Shown here: positions 16,910-27,381 of the stretch, piece by piece | Layout of the letters: each line of letters begins with the position of its first letter | Position numbering within the stretch: the first letter of the stretch is position 1 | The notes under the pieces: generated by a model | What the model was told of the DNA's origin: nothing | Seen by the model: only the letters and a program-made list of their open reading frames with translations | Database searches by the model: none | Source of the DNA: a virus | Taxonomy: Duplodnaviria; Caudoviricetes | IMG/VR virus record: IMGVR_UViG_3300033067_001837 | Span: 32,001-96,000 of that record | Strand: one strand, 5' to 3' | DNA: 64,000 nt | Translations under genes and position numbers: made by a program

Positions 16910-18706
16910 TCAACGCATATTATGAATTTGTTGATAGCTTAACCCATCGACATACTGACCGGTTTTTGGATCAATCATGCCGTAAGTACCGCTACCTGAT
17001 TTGTAGATTTGACCCTGTTTGGCAGATTTACCGTCACCTAAAGGTTGGATGTTATTCCATTGTTCAAATAATTCCGTATTGAAAATTTCTCGACCGTTTT
17101 CATCCATGCTTTTATAAACACCAGGCATTTCATTAGAGCCTCCACTAGCAGGACGATTCGCCATAATCGCATTGCGCTGCGCTTCCAAAGCGCGACCTTG
17201 GCCTTTATCCATTATTTCCATATAAGCTTTAAGATCGTTAAGCTTTTGTTCAGCCTGCTTATCACCGCGTTCCGCTGCGTATTTCAAAGCAGCAAACTCA
17301 TTCGCTGCTGATTTAGAAGCCATCTCGTTTTCAGAACCTAACAGGTTTGACGCTATACCCGCCTGTACACCATGGCTCTGTTGTAAAGCTCGAGTGGCAC
17401 TATCATTTTGTGCTAGACCAATTTGTAATGCTTCTATGGCAGCACGACGCTGGCGTCCTTTACCCTTCCCATAGTCATTTGGCGCATCCTTGAGTTTCTG
17501 AATTAACGCAGCCCGCTCTTCCTGCAACGCGCTCATATCCGGGGACGGAGCCAGTTGGCTCATCATGGCCCGAATCGCGTTAGTTTGCGCTTCCTGTTCA
17601 ACCGTAGGTAGTCCTTGCGCTTTGCGGTTCGCATTGCGAATATCGCGCATCGCGGCTGTCTGAGAGTCAATCGTCTTGACCCGCGCATCAATCGCGGCTT
17701 GTTCTTCAGGGGTGCGTCCGCCGACAACGGAGAGGGTGCCGCCGCTTTGGCGTTGACCATAGAAGGTCGCTGATCCTTTGCCTGGAACAGCATATTCCGT
17801 AATAGCACCGCCATGTTCCATACCGGCTTTAGTGGCGTCGTTGGGTATATATCCTCTTGCTCCGAACGATTGTTCCAACCCCATTTGCTGACCAAACCGA
17901 GTAACATTTTCATTACTTTGGACAGCAGCAGTGTATTCTTTCGGTGTACCAAAACGTTCCTTCATCAATATATTTTCATCATAACCCGGTGGTTTTCCGC
18001 TAATAGCGTTATTGACTTCTGGGTTATTCAAGGAACGATAGCCATTAGATATTAAAGGCCCAGCTTCTTGTGCGACTTGACTTCTCTCTCGCATATCCTT
18101 AAGTGCAGCACCATCTCCAAGATAGGAAAGTACACCATTAATGTCGGTTCCCCCTAATTTCTTTGTAGGATCGGGAGGTGTTACTCCTACCTGATTAAGC
18201 GGCGCTGATACCGGAGCCTTAACAGATTGCATCTGCTTTTGAATAGTCTCTTTATTATTATAGACTTGTCCTTGTGGCCCCTGAATAATAGGTACATCAC
18301 CTTCAAACCCGATAACCTTATTAGCATTATTCGCTGCCATAGCCTGCTTCGCTTCTAGACTATCTAATGTTCCTTCGCCTAATGGAGATGGGTACATCAT
18401 CATCCCAACTCCACCTGCCACCCTACTTACAGGAGATGCGGCTATTTTTGTTAATCCGTTAGCTAACTGCGTTCCTACTCCTACAGGTTGTTTAGGAATA
18501 GCTGTGGTAGTTGTGCTAACTGGTTGTTTTGGGGCGTTTCGCAAATTACGCAATGCGTCATAATCAACAAGACCTCGAGTGGGTGCTTGAGAAAAATTAG
18601 CAGGTGTGGCACCCGATTTTATTTGGCTCGGAGTTACCGGGGTGCCTTGCATTAATGATCGCAATTCACTAGGGGTAAACGGTCTATCAAACATTAATCC
18701 AGCCAT
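16910..18706 (-). CDS. Putative internal virion/ejection protein (598 aa)
   Basis: Likely start ATG 18706 after AGGAG (MAGLMFDRP). A/Q/G-rich with coiled-coil segments, adjacent to the giant ORF. Confidence 0.65.
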   Translation of the reverse strand: MAGLMFDRPFTPSELRSLMQGTPVTPSQIKSGATPANFSQAPTRGLVDYDALRNLRNAPKQPVSTTTTAIPKQPVGVGTQLANGLTKIAASPVSRVAGGVGMMMYPSPLGEGTLDSLEAKQAMAANNANKVIGFEGDVPIIQGPQGQVYNNKETIQKQMQSVKAPVSAPLNQVGVTPPDPTKKLGGTDINGVLSYLGDGAALKDMRERSQVAQEAGPLISNGYRSLNNPEVNNAISGKPPGYDENILMKERFGTPKEYTAAVQSNENVTRFGQQMGLEQSFGARGYIPNDATKAGMEHGGAITEYAVPGKGSATFYGQRQSGGTLSVVGGRTPEEQAAIDARVKTIDSQTAAMRDIRNANRKAQGLPTVEQEAQTNAIRAMMSQLAPSPDMSALQEERAALIQKLKDAPNDYGKGKGRQRRAAIEALQIGLAQNDSATRALQQSHGVQAGIASNLLGSENEMASKSAANEFAALKYAAERGDKQAEQKLNDLKAYMEIMDKGQGRALEAQRNAIMANRPASGGSNEMPGVYKSMDENGREIFNTELFEQWNNIQPLGDGKSAKQGQIYKSGSGTYGMIDPKTGQYVDGLSYQQIHNMR

Positions 18707-18792
18707 TTTTCTTCTCCTACCTACCAGGCATAAAAAACCCCGAAATCTCAGGGTTGTCTTTAATCTACAGAAATTGTTTTGTTTGTTAATCA

Positions 18793-19524
18793 CTAACGAA
18801 ACAAAGCACGGGATGCATCCGTAGTTGCAAACGGATCGTTATTTAAACGACTAGTATCATTGTTTTTGTATGGATTTTTAAACCCGGAACCACCTGTAGA
18901 TGCCAATCCGGCACGATTCAAATCACTCTTCAATACGCTATCCATGGGTTTTTGCGGAGTCGCGCTTAATCCAAAAAGACTGGCTAATTGCGCCATTTGC
19001 TTGGGGTCATTCCAGTCTGGTATCGAGGGTGTTGTCGTTACAGCCGGGGTCTGCATCGATTGATAGGTACTGGCTGCTTTATTTAGTCGATCCGCCATGG
19101 ATAAATCTTGACCAGTGACACTCAAGTTGGTGGCAGGGGTAGGCAAAGCAGTGACAGGACTGCTTAATCCGCTGCTTACTCGCTCGTTCATATCCTTCCC
19201 AGCAGCCGATGAGTAATCAATAGTGGGAACGGATGTTTGCGGCAAGGCTGTGACAGACGCGCCAATACCCGGTGTGGTAATCGGCGCTGTGGTTACAGCA
19301 GGCGTTGCGGGACTAGCAGGTTTCTGTGGATTCGTAGCATCACTAAAACTATTGGGCTTTGTTGTAGCTGCCTTGTTAGGATCAGGTAAAGCGGCGATAC
19401 CGGCTTTAGCGCCACCGAGAATCGCGGCGTTATTAGCGGTTGACCCTGGTGGGAAATAGGTCGTTGAGGAACCACTGACGAAATTACCGTCGTTGTTTTT
19501 GTTCGGGGTTACTGATGTAATCAT
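18793..19524 (-). CDS. Putative internal virion/ejection protein (243 aa, low complexity)
   Basis: AGGA SD, T/P/A/S-rich, located in the ejection-gene cluster. Confidence 0.55.
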   Translation of the reverse strand: MITSVTPNKNNDGNFVSGSSTTYFPPGSTANNAAILGGAKAGIAALPDPNKAATTKPNSFSDATNPQKPASPATPAVTTAPITTPGIGASVTALPQTSVPTIDYSSAAGKDMNERVSSGLSSPVTALPTPATNLSVTGQDLSMADRLNKAASTYQSMQTPAVTTTPSIPDWNDPKQMAQLASLFGLSATPQKPMDSVLKSDLNRAGLASTGGSGFKNPYKNNDTSRLNNDPFATTDASRALFR

Positions 19525-19537
19525 TAGAATTCCTATA

Positions 19538-19563
19538 ATAAAAAACCCCGCAAGGGCGGGGTC
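19538..19563 (-). terminator. Intrinsic terminator after the KilA-N gene
   Basis: CCCCGCCCTTGCGGGG followed by a T run on the minus strand. Confidence 0.65.
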
Positions 19564-19605
19564 GTCAGGTTTGAATACTATTAGCGAATAACGGCTGCAA
19601 TCTTT

Positions 19606-20319
19606 TCAGCAGACCGCTGACAGGATTTGGCGCATGGGGTATTGCCGCGTATATCGTTTTTTTTCAATATCTTCGTCAGCCAGTATCTCAGCCAACAGGA
19701 TCGCCGCAATTTCCTTCAACGAGGCGTGATCTCGGAGGTTAGCTTTTGTGGGCAGATTCCGTTCTTTAACAATCTGGTTTTTGGTTCCGCCGAAAATAGG
19801 TTTGTAAGTGGCGTTCGTACAAATCGCAAACCCGGCAGCGCTGACATCGTGGGCCTGCAAAACAGCGGTATGGTGATTTCTAACCACCTTTCCTTGCGCC
19901 CTGGTGACGGCACGCTGCTGATCTTCGATAGGTGCCTTAGTATTATCAAACACCCGATCAACGATAGAGAGGTCGCCCTCTTCAACCTTTAAAAAGGTTT
20001 CGTTGACCTTGAACCGAAAATCTGGGGATAGGTAGCCAGAGTATTCTACGGCCAGCAGCTTGTGCGCCCAGGTTCCGCCACCGCGATCTACCCGTGCCTT
20101 ACTGGTTTTTAACACATCGATTTTGGCTACATGTAGATTTTTACAAACAGAATCAATGGCTTCTATTGAGCTTTCAGTATCAAGCCAACGTCTAGGCTCT
20201 TTGTTCGTCGGACTCCCTGCGGCCACATAAAGGTCGTTGAGGTTGACCATATCGCCGTCCGTGCGAATTTTAAATTGACCATCCAGGGTGAAAGTCGTGA
20301 TAGAATGTTGAGCAGTCAT
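19606..20319 (-). CDS. KilA-N domain DNA-binding protein, probable frameshift near the C-terminus
   Basis: MVNLNDLYVAAG...EPRRWL...GGGTWAHKLLAVEYSGYLSPDFRFKV is the KilA-N signature. A8 run at 19657-19664. Confidence 0.85.
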   Translation of the reverse strand: MTAQHSITTFTLDGQFKIRTDGDMVNLNDLYVAAGSPTNKEPRRWLDTESSIEAIDSVCKNLHVAKIDVLKTSKARVDRGGGTWAHKLLAVEYSGYLSPDFRFKVNETFLKVEEGDLSIVDRVFDNTKAPIEDQQRAVTRAQGKVVRNHHTAVLQAHDVSAAGFAICTNATYKPIFGGTKNQIVKERNLPTKANLRDHASLKEIAAILLAEILADEDIEKKRYTRQYPMRQILSAVC

Positions 20320-20435
20320 GTTGCTTCCTTAAAAGATTCAGCAGCGTTGATAGGCTCCCGTCTTAATGGAAGACGGGAGTTGTCTACTCAATGGATTAGT
20401 AGATGAACGCATCATAACTGCAATATTCTATGCTG

Positions 20436-21194
20436 TCAACTCTCCCACTCAGCGGTTTTTCGGCTGCGAACATAGGGTTCTGGCCGAATCGTGATATTCA
20501 AGTTCGCATTCGCCCGCCGACTCTCTAACGTCCGATAGTCCACCGGCTTACCTACCAGATTTTCAAATTCATGGGAATGGAAGCGTTGCCGACCGGCTTC
20601 AACCGTATCCGCATCCCGCTTCTGGTAGGCATAAGACAGCGCACCTTGTATTAAAGCTTCACGCAACTGTTCAGGCGGTTCATCCACGTCCGACTTTCTC
20701 CCTGCCCAGGTCATTTCTTCTAGTGGGAGTCGATAAACCGTCAAATACAGCTTGTCCGCCACAACTGGAATCGGATATAGTGCCAGCCGAAATGGCTTAT
20801 TTTCTTCCAGATAATGTGTCGGGGTTCCGGTGGTAGTACGATGATCCGCAGTTTCCCGATGATCGCGCAACTGAGTTTTAATCATCGAAATCCCGGTTGA
20901 GTTTAATAGTACGTCTTCAATAGACAGAATGCGCTGATCAAGCTCATAGATAGCTGTACCGGCCCACACGTTAATTTGACAGAGCTCCGCTTCGGTATCG
21001 CGGTAACAGTGAGTGCGAATGGCAATTTCACGGTGAGTATTGTTTAAATACTGAATTAATTCGGCATTCTTGAAAAGACAAGAACTATCATCGAACTCCC
21101 AAAAATAGGTAAATCCAGCCGGGGCAGCGCCGGTATCTCCGCCTAAATCATCACTGCGCAACCGAATATCGTAAACTAAAGAAAGGGGAGTCAT
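20436..21194 (-). CDS. Putative head-tail adaptor / connector protein
   Basis: ELIQYLNNTHREIAIRTHC, GTPTHY, LYPIP and ALIQGALSYAYQKRDAD resemble podophage adaptor proteins. Confidence 0.6.
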   Translation of the reverse strand: MTPLSLVYDIRLRSDDLGGDTGAAPAGFTYFWEFDDSSCLFKNAELIQYLNNTHREIAIRTHCYRDTEAELCQINVWAGTAIYELDQRILSIEDVLLNSTGISMIKTQLRDHRETADHRTTTGTPTHYLEENKPFRLALYPIPVVADKLYLTVYRLPLEEMTWAGRKSDVDEPPEQLREALIQGALSYAYQKRDADTVEAGRQRFHSHEFENLVGKPVDYRTLESRRANANLNITIRPEPYVRSRKTAEWES

Positions 21195-21378
21195 ATTAGG
21201 AACCTTCTTGAAAAACCAAGGACGTAATTGCGCATTGGGAAATTTTATGAAAAGTCTGTACTGCTTTCAATTGTTTCATTTTTTCTTCTTGTGTATTAGA
21301 GTATTTATAAGCTAGATCGCTTATCGTAGTTGCTCCGTAATTATTAAAAATCTAATAGTGGACGACAAAAAATATTCT

Positions 21379-23670
21379 TTAATAAAGACCTATGGGGTAA
21401 ATAGTCAGCGTAGGGTCAGTTACCGGTAATTCAGTTAATCTACCCTCATTATCAATTTGGTATACTAGCGGGCCATTCCTGATTCCGCAAGAAATCTTAT
21501 TAATAATTACCGAAAAATAATCAGATATTCCAGTAGTGTTATTATACACAGGGAAATATGATTTTATGTTAAAATTAGCGGAATATACAGCATAATCATA
21601 GCCCACATACTGCCTCGGATCAATAACGCACGAGAACCCGTATTTACTAGTATCTTTAACAGCCGCCGGAGGATTACTAACAATTATAGAGTACATCGCG
21701 TCTATAGCAGAGAATCTAATATTAACTGGCGTATTAGTTGTTAATTCAAAGTCATCTGATCCCACCGGAAAATAATAACCTTGATTAAACCGATCCGAAG
21801 TTATTCCTCGATCTACCGCGCCCTCCGTAGTGGCGCTAGTATCCTCGTTTCTACTATTTTCTTGACTGTTATTATTTTCGTTTACTATATCAATATTATC
21901 TATTTTTAATAGGCAAGTAGTATTTCCATACCACTTATAATTATAGTGTGAATCTACTGTTGAAGTTCCATTAGTAGCATTTGTGTTATAATGAGTAATA
22001 TAATCCGAGTTGTTTGTGTTTATTACACTTAAAATACTTTTATACTTTACATCAATAAATCCTATAAAAAATACCTGTTCTTTTTTATACTGCGTTTGAT
22101 TATCTTGTGTAGATAAATTATTAGATAATACCCCTCCAGTGTATTCGTCTAAAGTATAAGAAGAAACAGAGTCTAAGCTCATATCTGCTATAAAAGACGT
22201 TGTATTTACAAGGCTAACGTTAAAAATATTCTCATTATTAACCTTAAATATAACATTCTTTAGGGTATTTTGTACCCCAACTTCTTTCTTATGATAAGTA
22301 TTTGCTCGGCTTGCTAAATAATAAGTATCATCTTCTCTTTTATTGTATTGATTTACCTCAGTAAATGCTATTTCATTTTTATAATTATAAGGTGGATATA
22401 TTTCCTCTACCATCATATAAGTAATAACGTCAGAATCATTATAAGTCATTGCAATCGGATATTCAACCGAAGTTGCAGAGCTAGTTAAATTAGTATAATT
22501 ATAAGTTATATTCGCACTAAGCAACTGCCCGTTTTCGTGGTATGTTTTATCGGAATTATTAATTATGCTAATAGTATTTATTACTTCCACGTTATGCCAA
22601 TAACCTATTTCTGTCTTCGTAATTTCTACACTATCTGTATTATGAGTAACTAAACACTCTATAGCCCTAATCTCGTCAATATTTGTTGATGTTAAATTAT
22701 TATCTAAAAATGCAAACTTACTTCCATCCTTACTAAAACGCACCGGCCATAATAATTTACGAACGTTATACTCGCCGCCGATAAAGAACTTTTTTACTTC
22801 TCCAACTTTAGTTAAAGAATTTCCTGTTCCGGCCACGAAAGAGGTTAAAGAAAACTCATTATTATTTGCTACGGTAACAGCCACATAGCGATATTCTGTA
22901 ACACCCTCATCATCTTTTAGTTCTACATTTCCCGCCCAAAATCCAGCGATAAATCCTATTCCGATTAACTTACTAAAAAATTCTCCATTCTTATACAATA
23001 ACCCTGTTACGCCAATTGGAGACGATTTGCTAGATAATCTTAAATAACAGTCATACCCTGAAAAATAAGTTCTTGATTCTAGTAAAATACTCGTATTCTT
23101 AAAGCTACCCATCGGCCCATCGCCACAGGAGCTATGCCACCAAGAGTATAAATTATCACTACTATCTACAAAAAACTGATTGCCTGATTGTTTACGAGAT
23201 GGAGCTTTGGGAGTAGTTTTAAAAGTATGTTCTTTTTTATTATACTCTACAACTAATGTAGAAAATGGCAAATACGGATCGTAGTAATAAGTATTATCAA
23301 CTAACGGTAAAGTATTTAATGGGGATTTAGGAGTATAAATTCCGTTTAAATTATTATCTGTTTTTGGGTAAAAAATAAATCCCCTGCTTATTTTCTTGAA
23401 TACTTCGCCAAACGCAGGGTATGTTGCAACCTCAATAGTATTAATCCCGCTATTACTAATCACTCTTATCCTGGTTAAATCAGGTAAAATAACTACTCTA
23501 TGCCCGGATTCAATTCCGCCGAGATGCATCCGTTGAACTAGCCCGCCAAGAACGACTCGTGCTATCGGCAAATACCTCGCAGACAACACTGTGTCGCCAA
23601 TAAAACGCTTAATGGATTCTTTCCATTCACGCCCACCGACCGGCTGTTTTGCGAGGTGTTTCCAGTCCAC
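21379..23670 (-). CDS. Large tail-associated/virion protein, AT-rich
   Basis: Likely GTG start at 23670 after AAGGA. N-terminal ILPDLTRIRVISNSGINTIEV segment, then a beta-rich N/Y/T-rich body. Confidence 0.6.
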   Translation of the reverse strand: MDWKHLAKQPVGGREWKESIKRFIGDTVLSARYLPIARVVLGGLVQRMHLGGIESGHRVVILPDLTRIRVISNSGINTIEVATYPAFGEVFKKISRGFIFYPKTDNNLNGIYTPKSPLNTLPLVDNTYYYDPYLPFSTLVVEYNKKEHTFKTTPKAPSRKQSGNQFFVDSSDNLYSWWHSSCGDGPMGSFKNTSILLESRTYFSGYDCYLRLSSKSSPIGVTGLLYKNGEFFSKLIGIGFIAGFWAGNVELKDDEGVTEYRYVAVTVANNNEFSLTSFVAGTGNSLTKVGEVKKFFIGGEYNVRKLLWPVRFSKDGSKFAFLDNNLTSTNIDEIRAIECLVTHNTDSVEITKTEIGYWHNVEVINTISIINNSDKTYHENGQLLSANITYNYTNLTSSATSVEYPIAMTYNDSDVITYMMVEEIYPPYNYKNEIAFTEVNQYNKREDDTYYLASRANTYHKKEVGVQNTLKNVIFKVNNENIFNVSLVNTTSFIADMSLDSVSSYTLDEYTGGVLSNNLSTQDNQTQYKKEQVFFIGFIDVKYKSILSVINTNNSDYITHYNTNATNGTSTVDSHYNYKWYGNTTCLLKIDNIDIVNENNNSQENSRNEDTSATTEGAVDRGITSDRFNQGYYFPVGSDDFELTTNTPVNIRFSAIDAMYSIIVSNPPAAVKDTSKYGFSCVIDPRQYVGYDYAVYSANFNIKSYFPVYNNTTGISDYFSVIINKISCGIRNGPLVYQIDNEGRLTELPVTDPTLTIYPIGLY

Positions 23671-23672
23671 AA

Positions 23673-25622
23673 TTATCCTTCGTAGGTATAGGTTTCTGAA
23701 CAAGAATTACCGGACGAGAACGACGACCCTGACGAAACCGATGCTCCCACGTTCATTGCGCTCATTGCTGATCCCGCTAACTGCGCCGCAGTTCGAGCAA
23801 CAGCATCTAATGAATCCTGCGCAATCTTAGTAAGCTGCAACATTTTAGTTTGCTCTAAGTCTGCTTGTTTAATCGTTTTATCCGCGTTGAACTTATCTAC
23901 ATTCAGCAGATAATCAAGTTTCTGTAATTCGGTTCCGATATAAGCCTTTTCCGCTTCATGCTTTAACGCATACCCCTGCATTTGATTTCGGTATACATCA
24001 GACGCTGCCCCTAACCGGACGGATTCCGCTTGAACCTCGGCTTTATATTTTTCAAGCTGCGCTGTCCAAGTTTGTAGTCCAAGCTGCAACGTCTCTAATT
24101 GCAAAGAAGCCTCGGTTTTCGCAGCGTCTATGTTTTTCGCATACGCTTCTACTTCCGAAGAAAAACCTTGCACCAGCGCTTTATAGATTTCTACTTTCCC
24201 TTGCTCTGCGCGCACGGACTCCCCATAGGCTTTCCATTCAGCTTCCCAAGCACTAATCTCCGTAGCATACAACTTTACTCGCTCAGCGGCGTATTGCAAT
24301 TTACCTAGTTCACCTTGCAATAACGCATTTGTTGCTTCCACTTCAGCCTTATACAAGCTAACTCTACTATTAACTGATTCAATTTGCGTTTTATAAAGTT
24401 CAACTTCTTGCTGATTTAAATCAGAAATTAATTTCTGTCCCTCTAGCTGTGCTTTATACACTTCAATATTGCTTAACTCTAGTTGTATCTCGCTATTAAT
24501 TGTGCTAAATTGGATTTGCCACATTTGCCCTTTAGCCTGAAACACATTAACTGCCGCGTCCAACAGCTTTATCTGTACGTCTGCTGCCTTCGCTGCTAGA
24601 TCACCACAGACCCCATAAAGTTTAATTAGCGCATCTTTGTGCATCGCTTCATACGTAATCCCTTGCTGCACAGCAAACCGCATGTTCTCAATTTCAAGTT
24701 TCGCTTCCTCGATCCATAAATTAAGGTTCAACTCAGACTTTTTATCCACTGACTTCTGACGAATCTCCGTCAGCTTAACCTCTAACGATCCACCCGGTAG
24801 AGTAAAGCCACGAGCCAGCCAATCAGCTATTGCCGTTTGCTCGGCTTGATAAGCCATGCGATCTTCAATGAAGTACGCTCGATTTCGCATCGCTAACGCT
24901 ACATCATTAGGAATTCCCGTACCGCCTGATAGTAACGTATTAATTTTTTCCACAAGCCCTAACACTGTATCACTTATCTGTAATTTGGCTGACGAAAAAA
25001 ACTGATTCACAATGTCGGTAAAGCCAATATCCTGCGGAAGCGACGGGGCTTCTGGAAGATTGTCCCGTAGACCGGCAATAGTTGCTTGAATCCCTGAAAT
25101 ATCCGGGGGGTCTAACGTGGGCAATACAATATTTATAGGGGAAACTATCTGCGGTAATTCAATGGTCGGTTTATCTGGATATGTAGGAGCCTTAAACGGA
25201 TCAGGTTCATTTGGCGGATTAGGTAAATTTCGTGAAGGCACACCAATAAATTTTAACTCTGGGGATTTTCCTTGAAAGGTCGGGCGGGGTATCTCAAAAA
25301 AGTAATCGCTAAAATCCGCGTCTATAGTAGGCGGTTCAGTAGGGGCGTCCGTATCCTTCCAAGTCAAGTCAGGAACGTCAGGTTCTGGTTGTGGTCGCAT
25401 ATATTCCGGTAAACTACCCGAATTCACTGATGGATTTAGCGATGCTGAGTCTATCGTACTTATGTTTTGAGTAAACGACTGGCTAATCATTTGCAGCGCG
25501 TCCAGCGCGGTTTGATAAGCCTCATCGCCTTTCTCAGTAAAGTGACTAATCTGACTTTCGACAATATCGAAAGTCCCCGCACCTACTCCCGTCACCAACC
25601 CACAACCGCCGTCCAGACTCAT
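23673..25622 (-). CDS. Virion structural protein with Pro-rich linker and long coiled coil
   Basis: Start MSLDGGCG at 25622. Heptad-like YKAQ/YKAE repeats in the C-terminal half; lies in the tail cluster. Confidence 0.65.
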   Translation of the reverse strand: MSLDGGCGLVTGVGAGTFDIVESQISHFTEKGDEAYQTALDALQMISQSFTQNISTIDSASLNPSVNSGSLPEYMRPQPEPDVPDLTWKDTDAPTEPPTIDADFSDYFFEIPRPTFQGKSPELKFIGVPSRNLPNPPNEPDPFKAPTYPDKPTIELPQIVSPINIVLPTLDPPDISGIQATIAGLRDNLPEAPSLPQDIGFTDIVNQFFSSAKLQISDTVLGLVEKINTLLSGGTGIPNDVALAMRNRAYFIEDRMAYQAEQTAIADWLARGFTLPGGSLEVKLTEIRQKSVDKKSELNLNLWIEEAKLEIENMRFAVQQGITYEAMHKDALIKLYGVCGDLAAKAADVQIKLLDAAVNVFQAKGQMWQIQFSTINSEIQLELSNIEVYKAQLEGQKLISDLNQQEVELYKTQIESVNSRVSLYKAEVEATNALLQGELGKLQYAAERVKLYATEISAWEAEWKAYGESVRAEQGKVEIYKALVQGFSSEVEAYAKNIDAAKTEASLQLETLQLGLQTWTAQLEKYKAEVQAESVRLGAASDVYRNQMQGYALKHEAEKAYIGTELQKLDYLLNVDKFNADKTIKQADLEQTKMLQLTKIAQDSLDAVARTAAQLAGSAMSAMNVGASVSSGSSFSSGNSCSETYTYEG

Positions 25623-25623
25623 C

Positions 25624-27381
25624 TCACCGTCTCCGACTGAGCGGTTCAACCGCTACTCGTAATTGATCAATTTCTGCTGGGCCAACCCCTTGCAGACCTA
25701 ACGCATAGTACACTGACTGAATGCCACGACCCGGCTTAACTACCCCGTCTCGATAGCTCTCTCTAGTCATTGGTGGCAACCGATACTGCCACTGTTGTTT
25801 ACGCCCATACCGATCACTAATAACCTGCAATGTTATGTCACCCTTGGTGCGAGCCTGGCAATTCACGTCGCGAATCCGCTTCAATAAATCAGTCCCCAGG
25901 TTACTAAACCCAGTTTGCATCGTCCACACAATATCACCATCATCATCCTGCTCGGCGTCTACGGCAAACAGACCGTTAGCGGTAGCTAGATACAGTGTCC
26001 CCTGGAACTGCGCCATTCCGCGAACTGCATGGGTAAACAGATAGGTGCTCACTGCGCCGGTTTCTGCGTTCACCACATGAACGGTCTCAGTAGTCTGTCC
26101 GAGCAACATATCACTGGCAATCAAGGTGTCAGATAACACCCCCGCCAATACTAACGAACTCCCCAAGAGTTCGCTTATCAATAACGGTGCGTCTTCTTCC
26201 AAAGTCGGCGCGTAAACCGTTATCAGGTTAACCAACGTCTCTGTGATCAGTAATGCGTCAGCTAACACTGGCGCAGATGTTGCCTCATTACCAACCAGCG
26301 TTTCACTGATCGTTAGAACATCGACTATTTCAACCCAGGCAGACGAAGCAATTTCTTCCGTGATATAAACTACATCCGACAGTCCACCAAGAAGATGTTG
26401 GTGGCTATGCAACACATCAATAATCGCTAAAGTATCGACTAATTCAGGCAATAAAAACTGCGAATTCAGTGTTTCGCTGATCGCTAAAGTATCGACTAAC
26501 GGCCCATGTAGAACAACGCCAAGCTGTTCTGTCGGCTGCAAATCCTCCTGGATCGTTCCCTGGAGCCATACTGCCCCTGACAGGTTCTCAGTAATAACCG
26601 CCGCGTCTGCAAAAGGCAGTGCAGAATCATCTAGTTCCTCTGAAATCAGCAGCGTATCACGCAGTATGTCACTAACAACGACGCCAGTTAGCGTCTCACT
26701 AACAACTAGCGCATCTTCAATCGCTTCTACTTCTTGTCGATTAGTAAGAACCGTGATTTCGGTTTGGTCTACAAACTCTTCAGATATTAATGTCCCAGAA
26801 ACATCATAAACTAACCGAGCTAAAAGCCCTTCAACAATATCCGGCTTCTCCTTACCATTAATAAACCCTGGCCCAGTATATTCAATAAACCCAAAATTAA
26901 ACGATGCAACATCTTGAGTTTCTACCCCGGCAGCAGTTGCAACCCACTTCATTAAAAAGTTAGACGTTAAACTCGCAGCATCAGGTAACTCTATTGAAAC
27001 TAATGCTCCATGCCTTACACCAATTCCAACATATCCTTCCCCAGTAAATTCAACAACGTCTGAAGATTCTGTAGCTATTAGAGTTGTTGTAATATCCCTA
27101 GCATCCGTTACTCCTACTAAAGTAACTACATCATGGGCAGAAATGGATATTAGCGTTGCACTAATCGGCTCAACAGGCTGTGGAACAATAACTTCTAAAT
27201 ACCCAACATCCGCCTGCTCTACGGCTATTAAGCTCGCAGTTATCGGTTCAATATCAGGCGCGGATCGGAGAACTAGCAGAGTTCCAACAGGATGCTCATA
27301 AGGAGACTTTAAAACCAAGTCAGCCGTGTAAACGTGGCTAGTAGGTTCACCGCCGAAGTTAAGATTAACTATTGTTGCCAT
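25624..27381 (-). CDS. Tail/virion protein with acidic ~19-aa repeats
   Basis: Repeated LxD(T/A)LxISE(T)L units. Exact 20-bp direct repeat at 26423-26442 and 26480-26499. Confidence 0.65.
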   Translation of the reverse strand: MATIVNLNFGGEPTSHVYTADLVLKSPYEHPVGTLLVLRSAPDIEPITASLIAVEQADVGYLEVIVPQPVEPISATLISISAHDVVTLVGVTDARDITTTLIATESSDVVEFTGEGYVGIGVRHGALVSIELPDAASLTSNFLMKWVATAAGVETQDVASFNFGFIEYTGPGFINGKEKPDIVEGLLARLVYDVSGTLISEEFVDQTEITVLTNRQEVEAIEDALVVSETLTGVVVSDILRDTLLISEELDDSALPFADAAVITENLSGAVWLQGTIQEDLQPTEQLGVVLHGPLVDTLAISETLNSQFLLPELVDTLAIIDVLHSHQHLLGGLSDVVYITEEIASSAWVEIVDVLTISETLVGNEATSAPVLADALLITETLVNLITVYAPTLEEDAPLLISELLGSSLVLAGVLSDTLIASDMLLGQTTETVHVVNAETGAVSTYLFTHAVRGMAQFQGTLYLATANGLFAVDAEQDDDGDIVWTMQTGFSNLGTDLLKRIRDVNCQARTKGDITLQVISDRYGRKQQWQYRLPPMTRESYRDGVVKPGRGIQSVYYALGLQGVGPAEIDQLRVAVEPLSRRR

